From assembly GCA_964362385.1 (NCBI GenBank), contig CAYIEH010000004.1, forward strand, positions 1-33,407: a stretch of 33,407 nucleotides of DNA. The letters run 5' to 3'. The DNA is from an uncultured Candidatus Saccharibacteria bacterium. GTDB lineage: Bacteria > Patescibacteriota > Minisyncoccia > UBA6257 > UBA9933. The notes below the pieces were generated by a model. It was not told the origin of the DNA, made no database searches, and saw only the letters and a program-made list of their open reading frames with translations. The position numbers and the translations under genes were made by a program. This document shows, piece by piece, positions 7,322 to 14,635 of this stretch. Every line of letters starts with the position of its first letter. Position 1 is the stretch's first letter.

Positions 7322-8089
7322 TTAAATCTGCATCATCACTTTCTTGATCCGATCCCAATCGTGTTTCGGCTTCCAGGAAACATTCCCGGCCTCGACATCC
7401 TTGGCAACAAACGGGTCGTCTTGCTTGTATTCCGGCAACGTTTTATTCCCCAAAGTGATAATGGGAATACCATCACCTCCGTCAAGAGGATACGCATCTC
7501 TGTACTTAACCGAGCGGTTATACCATCCCGCCAAACCGACGACCTTTGCTCCACATTTCCAGGCTAATTCCAGAAGGGACATAGTGGTTGCAAAGTTGTT
7601 CATCAGATCTTCACAAATGACCACCTTCTCGTCAGGGAGAATATGTCCGTCGTGTCGTCCCCATTTCCAGGATGACTTTTCACGAGCTGTGACGGTTTTG
7701 AGAACATGTATTTCTTTTTCAGGATACACATACCTTGCGCCGCTCACATATGCAAGCATTTCCGCCACTGGCTTTCCGCCTTCGGGAGCAGCCATAAATA
7801 CATTTACTCTCCCCACCTTCTTGATAATTTCAGCCCCAAGCAATCTGGCGAAATGGCAGGTGAGTTTGGGATAGTGTTCCATCTTGGCGAAGTTAAGATA
7901 CGCGTCTCCAACCCAGTGAAGACCTTCTCCATAGGTAGCGGTGTAGCCAACTAACGGGCCCAGTCTATTACCCTCAGCGTCTTTAGGACATTCGTAATAC
8001 CCATCAACTCCGTCGAGCACCTTAAGAATATCTTTGTCATAATTGTTTAAAAGATCTGAAACCTGAGACGGCATTAATATTTTCTGCAT
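7322..8089 (-). CDS. type I phosphoribosyltransferase-fold protein, OPRTase-like with a divergent PRPP loop
   Basis: EKVVICEDLMNNFATTMS matches the acidic-hydrophobic PRPP-binding loop position. Paired with pyrF 11 nt upstream. I prefer the second ATG (8089), which follows SD AAAGGAGAAAGA; the ORF-track start is 8104. Confidence 0.55.
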   Translation of the reverse strand: MQKILMPSQVSDLLNNYDKDILKVLDGVDGYYECPKDAEGNRLGPLVGYTATYGEGLHWVGDAYLNFAKMEHYPKLTCHFARLLGAEIIKKVGRVNVFMAAPEGGKPVAEMLAYVSGARYVYPEKEIHVLKTVTAREKSSWKWGRHDGHILPDEKVVICEDLMNNFATTMSLLELAWKCGAKVVGLAGWYNRSVKYRDAYPLDGGDGIPIITLGNKTLPEYKQDDPFVAKDVEAGNVSWKPKHDWDRIKKVMMQI

Positions 8090-8100
8090 TCTTTCTCCTT

Positions 8101-8997
8101 TCATTCCAAATCGTTAATATCCAGTACTGCTTTCCGTATCTGCTCCTTAAGCTCTAATGCCGCCCGGCCCGCTGCTTCGGCGAAATCCATTCCCATACTG
8201 GCAAACGTAATTCCTGACGAAGAGTTAATCGCTATAGAACTCGGTCCTCTGTATGAAGCCTTCACGGTTTCTTTTACGAACCCTTCCTGGGTTCCAATCC
8301 CAGGAATCAGAAACCACAGCTTGTCACCGACAATTTCTCTGACGCGCGATAAATGCCAAGAAAAAATTTCTCCCGAGCCCTTTTTGATCTCGTAGGCTGC
8401 TGCCATAACAAGACCAGTGTTTTCAACAACGCCAAGCTCTTCTGCCCAGCGCAGTATAGTTTCAGCCATGAATTCCCAGTAGAATCTTCCGTCCGCGAGC
8501 TTTACATCCTGAGTTTCTCTGGCCGATTTGTTGCTTGTGTGACACAATCCAACAATGGCTCTGCCGAGATTGTCTTTATCAATAAGCTGTTCCATACAAT
8601 CCTTACCCATGTAAGGGCTGAAGTTCATGCCATCAACGCCATCAATATCAAAATGGGCAATGCGATAGCGTTGCTGGGTTCTGTCGATATCACCGCGTTT
8701 GCAATCGAGAAACACCGGAATATCCGGGTGTTTACGATGAATGTGATTGACAATAGCCTGAAGCGCTTTTTGTCCTTCCAAGATGGCTTCGTAGTGAGCC
8801 TTCTGCGGTTTGAACATTGACGCATATGGTGCTGTCGCATCCACGATCTCAATCATCTGAGTCGCAACCTGACCCCATAAAGAGCCTTTCTTGTTGATAC
8901 AATCAGGAACTTTTTCCGGAAGCGGATCAAGTCCTACACACAGTTCTGTTTTTTGTGTCGCCTGCCTTGCCTTAAGCTTTTCTCTGAAACTCTTCAT
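8101..8997 (-). CDS. pyrF: orotidine 5'-phosphate decarboxylase, long (type 2) form
   Basis: LCVGLDP and FLDCKRGDIDRT (D-x-K-x-x-D-I) motifs, ~298 aa. SD AAAGGAGAAAAGA precedes the ATG. Confidence 0.8.
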   Translation of the reverse strand: MKSFREKLKARQATQKTELCVGLDPLPEKVPDCINKKGSLWGQVATQMIEIVDATAPYASMFKPQKAHYEAILEGQKALQAIVNHIHRKHPDIPVFLDCKRGDIDRTQQRYRIAHFDIDGVDGMNFSPYMGKDCMEQLIDKDNLGRAIVGLCHTSNKSARETQDVKLADGRFYWEFMAETILRWAEELGVVENTGLVMAAAYEIKKGSGEIFSWHLSRVREIVGDKLWFLIPGIGTQEGFVKETVKASYRGPSSIAINSSSGITFASMGMDFAEAAGRAALELKEQIRKAVLDINDLE

Positions 8998-9194
8998 TCT
9001 TTTCTCCTTTCTGCTCCTGTTAGATAGTTAATAAGATATTTTATCTTGAAACTTGTAAAAAAATCTACCCCTAAATTATCATTAATAATATAATTTGTCC
9101 AGTAAATTATTCTTCTACAGAAAACATTGATACTCGAGGATTATTCCCGAACCATTCAGTATTTAGCAGCTGTATCTTAAAACCAAAAGGCGCC

Positions 9195-9232
9195 AATAAA
9201 AAATCCCTGCTAGCCTAAAAAGGCAAGCAGGG
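9195..9232 (-). terminator. intrinsic terminator after the DnaB-like gene
   Basis: Stem CCCTGCTAGCC/GGCAAGCAGGG (9205-9215 / 9222-9232, one mismatch), followed on the minus strand by ATTTTTTATT. Confidence 0.6.
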
Positions 9233-9250
9233 TTATTATAAAACTCAATT

Positions 9251-10555
9251 TCAGTTGTCCCTCCAATTACACAAATGTCCGTAGAACTTCGCATCCACTA
9301 TGACTGCCGGTCCGCCTTTGGCAATTATAATCTTGCCATTTTGAGGCGCTCCATTGGCAGAAGTCTTTTCATGATAATCTTCCCGGTGAAGCAGAAAAAC
9401 CATGTCAGCCAAATCTTCTATATTGCCGCTGTCTTTAAGATCGGATAAACGCGGCAAGCTGTCTTTTTCTTCTTCAGAAGTGCGATTAATTTGGCTTGAT
9501 GCCGACGTCGGCGTTTTAACTTCATTAACGCACCCGCGCAAGGCCTCGAGAATTTTATCCATGCTCTCTTTTTTCGTACGGCACTTTTCCGGCCAATTCA
9601 AATCCTGAAGATTCTCAATTACTATTAATCCCAGCTCTCCGATTTTGCCGCGTAGCGCTTTTATTCCGGAAATTATTGAAAACACATTCATAGAACTCTC
9701 AAATTTCACATGGAGTTTGGATTCATTGATTTTCTGGTGGGCTTTTCTGACTTTTTCCATTTCCTTTGCCGACACCTTTCCCCGTTTAAGGTCGTTGAAA
9801 TCAATTTCGCACATGGCTGAGAGTAATCTGAGAAAAATAGTTTCTTTAGTATGATTAGATGATCCGAAATAAACCGCCGGAAAACCGTCTTCAATGCAAA
9901 TTTTTCTCAAAAAGCTCAACTGCATTGCCGTCTTACCCATACCGGCTCTTCCGCCGATTATGGTTAAGTTTTTGGCAGGAAAACCCGCAATATATTTATT
10001 CAAACACTCTAATGGAGTTTCCTTGAAATAGGCAATGTGATCCGTCAAATTCTCTTCGCTCACTGACATACGGCCAACTTCTTCAGAACCGCACCGGCTT
10101 GAAATTTGCCTTAGCGCTTCTTGGCTTTTAAAAAGCAAAAGAGGTAAATCTTCGGCTTCTTCATAAACCATTTGCGCTATCTTGATTGAATTTTGAAGTA
10201 ATTTCCTGAGAAGCGATTTTTCTTTAACGATCTTCGCGTGGTATTTTACATTAGCTGACGTGGGAATGGTCTCGGCGAGCATACTAACATACTGTTCTCC
10301 TCCGATCATTTCCAAATCTCCGTTATTAATCAGTTTATCCGCTAAAGTAATAATGTCGGCTTCCTTTCCTTCTGCTGCGAGTTCCAAAATCGCGGCATAA
10401 ATCTTTCGGTGGTTTTCACGGTAAAAATCATCAGTCACCAAAATTTCTTTAGCAACCTGAATCGCGACTCCATCCAAAATCATAGCTCCTAAGACCGACT
10501 GCTCTGCTTCAAGATTTTGGGGCGGCAGCTTTTCCAAATGTTCTATTTTTTTCAT
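9251..10555 (-). CDS. DnaB-family helicase homolog with degenerate catalytic motifs, RT-associated
   Basis: N-terminal LPPQNLEAEQSVLGAMILD, Walker A GGRAGMGKT, SQINR, LSDLKDSGNIEDLAD. However FSLEM is FGSSN, IDYLQL is IENLQD, and KQRNGP is K-GGP. I start it at the ATG at 10555, which has SD AAAGGAGA and overlaps the RT stop as ATGA; the ORF-track start is 10609. Confidence 0.8.
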   Translation of the reverse strand: MKKIEHLEKLPPQNLEAEQSVLGAMILDGVAIQVAKEILVTDDFYRENHRKIYAAILELAAEGKEADIITLADKLINNGDLEMIGGEQYVSMLAETIPTSANVKYHAKIVKEKSLLRKLLQNSIKIAQMVYEEAEDLPLLLFKSQEALRQISSRCGSEEVGRMSVSEENLTDHIAYFKETPLECLNKYIAGFPAKNLTIIGGRAGMGKTAMQLSFLRKICIEDGFPAVYFGSSNHTKETIFLRLLSAMCEIDFNDLKRGKVSAKEMEKVRKAHQKINESKLHVKFESSMNVFSIISGIKALRGKIGELGLIVIENLQDLNWPEKCRTKKESMDKILEALRGCVNEVKTPTSASSQINRTSEEEKDSLPRLSDLKDSGNIEDLADMVFLLHREDYHEKTSANGAPQNGKIIIAKGGPAVIVDAKFYGHLCNWRDN

Positions 10556-11559
10556 CTCGTCTCCTTTGCCTGATATTCCAGCCATGGCTGCAAAAGCCAC
10601 TTCGGCCAATTGTTTTCATTGCCATAGATGCATCTTATGGCATTAACTCTTCCCAGTACTTCGCCACGAGAATACGTTCCATATCTGATTGCCGCATACA
10701 TTATTCTCCTATATTCTTTTTTCTTGCGGCGGCAAATATGAATTTTATCATTGACCACAGTTAACCCAAGCGCGTGGGGAATCGTTTTCCCTAAATTATC
10801 CTTGGTTTTTTCTGATTTAATGCTGAAACCGAACTTGGCCGGAATACTCAACAGCTCTTGTTTTACTTCAGAAACAATTATTTCTCCGGCGAAATTAAAG
10901 TCATCAACATAAACCGCCCAAAAAATATTATTTTTCCTGCACACAACATCAATCTCTTCACACATTGGTCTGTAAACCAGATTCAGCAGGATAGGACTCG
11001 CAGATGCGCCTTGGGGCAATCTTCGCTGGCCGTGGTAATAATAAGTCAAAAACCAGGCCAATGATTTTGCCACAGATTCATCAATCCCCAATCTCGCCAA
11101 AGTTTTCTCCACGTATTCTTCTTTAATACTGGGAAAAGCTTGGGCAATGTCAAAAGCAAAAAAATGCTTCTTGCCTAAAAGTCTTTGTATGGCTTTTTTT
11201 GAATTCCTCTCCCTTACGAAACCGTACGCATTATCGTGAGCTGAAAACTTTGAGTCCAACCAATCTTTAACGGCGCGATAAACTTTTTGCACTTCGGGAT
11301 GCGGTTGTAGAATTTCCCGTTCTTTGTTTTTTTCCCGCAAAAAGAAAATTCTAAAGCCGTAATAAAAAGTCGCTTTCACGGTTTTGCCTTTTTTAAAAAG
11401 CTCTGCCGTTGTTTTTGCAGATTTCAAAATCCTGAAAGCTTTGCGGATTTGCTTTTTAGGCAGTCCGATTAATCCTGAAAGAACTCCCAAAGTCCAAAGA
11501 AACCGAACTTGGGGAGAAACCGCTGACAACTTTTCTGGCGCTTCAGTTTCTTTAGACAT
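10552..11559 (-). CDS. retron-type reverse transcriptase
   Basis: 335 aa. Motifs: FYYGFRIFFLREKNKEREILQPHPEVQKV, AYGFVRERN, FAFDIAQAFPSI, LPQGASASPILLNL, YVDDFNFAG (YVDD at 10900-10911), GFSIKSEKTK, and retron-like LGLTVVNDKIHICRRKKKEYR. No maturase, endonuclease or other fused domain. SD GGAG lies 6 nt before the ATG. Confidence 0.85.
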   Translation of the reverse strand: MSKETEAPEKLSAVSPQVRFLWTLGVLSGLIGLPKKQIRKAFRILKSAKTTAELFKKGKTVKATFYYGFRIFFLREKNKEREILQPHPEVQKVYRAVKDWLDSKFSAHDNAYGFVRERNSKKAIQRLLGKKHFFAFDIAQAFPSIKEEYVEKTLARLGIDESVAKSLAWFLTYYYHGQRRLPQGASASPILLNLVYRPMCEEIDVVCRKNNIFWAVYVDDFNFAGEIIVSEVKQELLSIPAKFGFSIKSEKTKDNLGKTIPHALGLTVVNDKIHICRRKKKEYRRIMYAAIRYGTYSRGEVLGRVNAIRCIYGNENNWPKWLLQPWLEYQAKETR

Positions 11560-11600
11560 TAATGTCTCCTTTCACTTGGCATTTTGATTTTTAAAAGAAA

Positions 11601-11836
11601 TTGCAGGCAGACTTGGCTGGAATTGAAGCCCCTTTAATAAATCACCAGATTCGAGGTGCGCATCGTTAACGTAAGGAAAAGCCAATGCAACCTCGGGGGT
11701 CATTGTAGGGGGTGTCCCCCTACATTCTGTTACTGACATTTGATCCGCCGTCCGATTCAGAAAGCGGGTTTGAGACCTATTACTCGTGGCTATACCAGAG
11801 TCTTTTAGTCTCTCCTTACTGCCAGTCTGCCTGCAA
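11601..11836 (-). ncRNA. candidate retron-like ncRNA (msr-msd-like) closed by terminal inverted repeats
   Basis: TTGCAGGCAGACT(T)GGC at 11601-11617 is the reverse complement of 11821-11836. Internal perfect GC hairpin TGTAGGGG-GTGT-CCCCTACA (11704-11724). Second stem GAGGTGC/GCA(A)CCTC (11653-11696). Sits 42 nt upstream of the RT ATG and directly downstream of a promoter. Confidence 0.5.
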
Positions 11837-11848
11837 TCTTCTGCTTTT

Positions 11849-11877
11849 TTTATACAGATAAACATAAGCAATGTCAA
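11849..11877 (-). promoter_or_regulatory. sigma70-like promoter TTGACA-17-TATAAA driving the ncRNA/RT operon
   Basis: Minus strand: -35 at 11877-11872, -10 at 11854-11849, 12 nt before the first inverted-repeat arm. Confidence 0.5.
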
Positions 11878-11929
11878 TTAAAAAAACAAGCGTGTTTTTC
11901 CGCCTGTTCTTATGTATTCCACGAAATTT

Positions 11930-12388
11930 TTATATTCCTAATTTCTTTTTAACCAAATCGCTTATTGTTTTTGAATCCGCTCTGCCTTTCGTTTCTTTTG
12001 CCACCTCTCCCATTACTTTGCCTATATCTTTTGCGGTGCTTGCGCCGGTTTTTTCAATCGCCTCGCTTACGATTTTTTCAATTTCCTGTTCAGAAAGCTG
12101 TTTTGGCAAATACTCCTGAATAATTTCCAATTCTTTCAGCTCTTTTTGAGCTAAATCTTCGCGGTTGCCTTGTTTATAAAGCTCGTACGATTCTTTTCTT
12201 TTTTTCGCTTCTTTTGACAAAACGTCAACGACGTCGTCATCGGTCAAAGTTGAGTCCTGACCTTTTCCCTTTTTCTCAATTTCTTTATTGTGAAGAGCAG
12301 CAATGAGCATTCTTAATACTCCGGTCTTTTCAGCGTCTTTGCTCCTTAATGCTTCCTTTAAATTATCGGTAATTTTTTCTTTCAGCAT
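11930..12388 (-). CDS. yqeY: GatB/YqeY-domain protein
   Basis: MLKEKITDNLKEALRSKDAEKTGVLRMLIAAL ... KDIGKVMGEV, typical of the YqeY family. Confidence 0.8.
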   Translation of the reverse strand: MLKEKITDNLKEALRSKDAEKTGVLRMLIAALHNKEIEKKGKGQDSTLTDDDVVDVLSKEAKKRKESYELYKQGNREDLAQKELKELEIIQEYLPKQLSEQEIEKIVSEAIEKTGASTAKDIGKVMGEVAKETKGRADSKTISDLVKKKLGI

Positions 12389-12488
12389 CGCTTCGCTGTA
12401 TCGATACTAATATACTAATTTTACTAATAATACAAATATATTTATATTCGTATAATTAGTATTAATTCGCATATTGACATCGAGATTA

Positions 12489-12713
12489 TTACATTGAGCC
12501 CATTTTTTTAGTCTTCTCCACTTCTTTTCTTTTTCCTTCGCGATATAAAGCCGACAATCTCCTTTTATTTTTATTAACAGAACGATGTTTGTATCTTTTC
12601 TTTTTTGCTTCGCGCAAAACTCCGCTTTGCTGCATCTTTTTTGAAAAGCGGTAAAGAAAAGCGCTCATTGATTCTCCTCCTCTGCGTTTTAATTCCATTG
12701 TTTGAACCGGCAT
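12489..12713 (-). CDS. rpsU: 30S ribosomal protein S21
   Basis: 74 aa, very basic, with the ESMSAFLYRFSKKMQQSGVLREAKKKRYKHRS pattern of S21. Confidence 0.8.
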   Translation of the reverse strand: MPVQTMELKRRGGESMSAFLYRFSKKMQQSGVLREAKKKRYKHRSVNKNKRRLSALYREGKRKEVEKTKKMGSM

Positions 12714-12740
12714 AATGCAAACTGCGCGAATTTATAATAA

Positions 12741-12769
12741 CGCCGCGAATAAAATTTTAATTCGCGGCG
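12741..12769 (-). terminator. 10-bp hairpin between the HIT gene and rpsU
   Basis: CGCCGCGAAT / ATTCGCGGCG with a 9-nt AT loop. AT-rich tail on the minus strand. Confidence 0.45.
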
Positions 12770-12822
12770 CGACTCTTGCGGGAATGAGTCGAAGCTCAAA
12801 CGCATAAGTTCGCTGATCGGCA

Positions 12823-13230
12823 TTATGATTTAATAATTTTTTCTTTGATAATATCCAAACTTTCAGCCGGCGGATTGTCCACCACTGAATGAATTGACCC
12901 TCCTGAATCTCCCAGCCACCTGGGTATAATATGAATATGCAGATGGTCAATCGTCTGTCCGCTCACCTTACCATGGTTGATTCCGATTGTAAAGCCGTCT
13001 GGTAAAAGCGTTTTTTTTAACAATGCCGTCACATTTTTAACCGCTTTAAAAATTCCTTCAATTTTATCGTCTGGCAAATCTAAAATATTTTCCGCGTGAA
13101 CTTTCGGCAAAACCATCGTATGCCCCGGCGCTTTCGGATGGACATCTAAAATGGCGACGCTGTTATCGTCTTCGTAAATTATGCTGGCGCTTATTTCCTT
13201 GTTTGCGATTTTACAGAAAAGACAATCCAC
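12823..13230 (-). CDS. HIT-family (histidine triad) nucleotide hydrolase
   Basis: CLFCKI N-terminus and HLHIHIIPR histidine triad. GTG start. Confidence 0.85.
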   Translation of the reverse strand: MDCLFCKIANKEISASIIYEDDNSVAILDVHPKAPGHTMVLPKVHAENILDLPDDKIEGIFKAVKNVTALLKKTLLPDGFTIGINHGKVSGQTIDHLHIHIIPRWLGDSGGSIHSVVDNPPAESLDIIKEKIIKS

Positions 13231-13297
13231 AGATAGTAATTAGCCAATAGCGATTAGCCAATAGAATCCCTAGTGGCTAAACCCTAATAACTAGCGG

Positions 13298-14602
13298 CTA
13301 TTTTAGTTTCTTCTTCGCTTCCTCAACAACTTTTTTAAAAGACACGGTTTCCTGAACGCCGGTTCTCATATCTCTGATAATAATGCTTTCTTCAAAAACC
13401 TCTTTTTGCCCCAAAATCAAAGCCAAATCCGCTTTCTCTTTGTCGGCAATCCTTAATTGCGATTTCAGCGATTCCCTGCCGAACGATTCGCTGGTTTTTA
13501 CGCCTGACTTCCTGAATTCTTCAATTAAAGCCAGGCCCTTTTTCTTGGCCTCATCTCCGATGTGAATAAAAAATACTTTAGGGGGACTTTTAAGGGGCAT
13601 TGTTTTGCCCGTGCTTTTGATGATTTCAATAACTCTGTCAATCCCGACACTGCTTCCGACTGCAAACAATTTTCCCAATTTCAGCATCTCGGCCAAATAA
13701 TCATAGCGGCCGCCGCTGGCAATCGCAAAATTAAATCCTTCGGCAAAGATCTCAAAAACAGTTCTGTTGTAATAATCCAAACCCCTGACTAAAAAAGGAT
13801 CAACTAAATAAGGCAGTTTTAATTCGTCAAGAAATTCCAAAACTTTTTTAAAGTGGTTTTTGCAGGTCTCGCACAAAAAATCAAGGATAATCGGCGCTTC
13901 AACCCTGACAAGTAAACATTTTTCGTCTTTGCAATCAAGAAGCCTAAAAGAGTTGACGTTTAATCGGCGCTGGCAATCCTTGCAAATTTGTTTCTGATGT
14001 TTCCGGTAATAATTTTCCAGCTTCCTCTGGTAAGCGGAGCGGCACTTGGCGCAACCGATACTGTTTATATGAACGGTAAAATTCTTTAGTCTTAATTCTT
14101 CAAGCAGGCGATAGACGACGAGTATGGCTTGGGCGTCGTAAATCGGATCATTCTCGCCTCCCAGAATTTCAAAACCTGTCTGGAAAAATTGCCGAAATCT
14201 TCCGGCCTGGGGCTGTTCATATCTGAACATCAAACCTTCATAATAGAGTTTCAGCGGATGGCCAAACCGAGAAAATCCGTTTTCAAAATAAGCCCTGACA
14301 ATCGGCGCCGTGCCTTCAGGCCTCAATACCAGCCTATCGCCGCCTTTTGACTTAATAAAAAACATCTGTTTCTCCACAATGTCGGTTTCCTTTCCGACGG
14401 TCTTTTCAAAAAGTTCCGCCATTTCCACAATGGGCGTATCGATCCTTAAAAAGTTATAAAATTCGCCGATATTTTTTGCAGCCTGCCTTGCTTTATCCCA
14501 AAAGGGCTGGTCTTCGGGAACAATATCATGCATTCCTTTGGGAGACTGGAAAAGATTTTTTTTCCTTGAAGACTCTTTTGATTTTTTGGAAGTTCTTGCC
14601 AT
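13298..14602 (-). CDS. hisS: histidine--tRNA ligase
   Basis: GMHDIVPED, LRPEGTAPIVRAY, Cys-rich insertion domain, C-terminal anticodon-binding region. Confidence 0.9.
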   Translation of the reverse strand: MARTSKKSKESSRKKNLFQSPKGMHDIVPEDQPFWDKARQAAKNIGEFYNFLRIDTPIVEMAELFEKTVGKETDIVEKQMFFIKSKGGDRLVLRPEGTAPIVRAYFENGFSRFGHPLKLYYEGLMFRYEQPQAGRFRQFFQTGFEILGGENDPIYDAQAILVVYRLLEELRLKNFTVHINSIGCAKCRSAYQRKLENYYRKHQKQICKDCQRRLNVNSFRLLDCKDEKCLLVRVEAPIILDFLCETCKNHFKKVLEFLDELKLPYLVDPFLVRGLDYYNRTVFEIFAEGFNFAIASGGRYDYLAEMLKLGKLFAVGSSVGIDRVIEIIKSTGKTMPLKSPPKVFFIHIGDEAKKKGLALIEEFRKSGVKTSESFGRESLKSQLRIADKEKADLALILGQKEVFEESIIIRDMRTGVQETVSFKKVVEEAKKKLK

Positions 14603-14635
14603 TTCAAAAAAATATTTTAAGCGCTTGGAACAAAT

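Noticed and set aside
10556-10609. 18-codon N-terminal extension of the DnaB-like ORF (ORF-track start at 10609)
   Set aside because: The ATG at 10555 has a proper SD and an ATGA overlap with the RT stop, and the conserved DnaB N-terminus begins right after it. The extension lies wholly inside the RT coding sequence.
11572-11877. 101-aa ORF on the RT strand upstream of the RT
   Set aside because: It starts inside the -35 box, has no SD, and spans the terminal inverted repeats and GC hairpin. It is better explained as a structured RNA region.
9195-11877. Group II intron or diversity-generating retroelement as an explanation for the RT
   Set aside because: The RT is only 335 aa, with no maturase, DNA-binding or endonuclease extension. 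I saw no domain V-like motif, no TR/VR repeat pair of about 100 bp and no Avd-like gene. The thumb-region motif and the upstream IR-closed RNA fit a retron better. This is not proven without a phylogeny.
7238-11888. Possible att-like direct repeats flanking the island (GCATTGTCAAAATAAAAAT at 7238 against GCAATGTCAATTAAAAAAA at 11868)
   Set aside because: Only about 14 of 19 positions match and the sequence is AT-rich. Both also overlap TTGACA promoter boxes, so this is not distinguishable from chance.
12732-12950. 72-aa minus-strand ORF overlapping the 3' end of the HIT gene
   Set aside because: It is an out-of-frame overlap with a well-supported gene and runs through the terminator hairpin.
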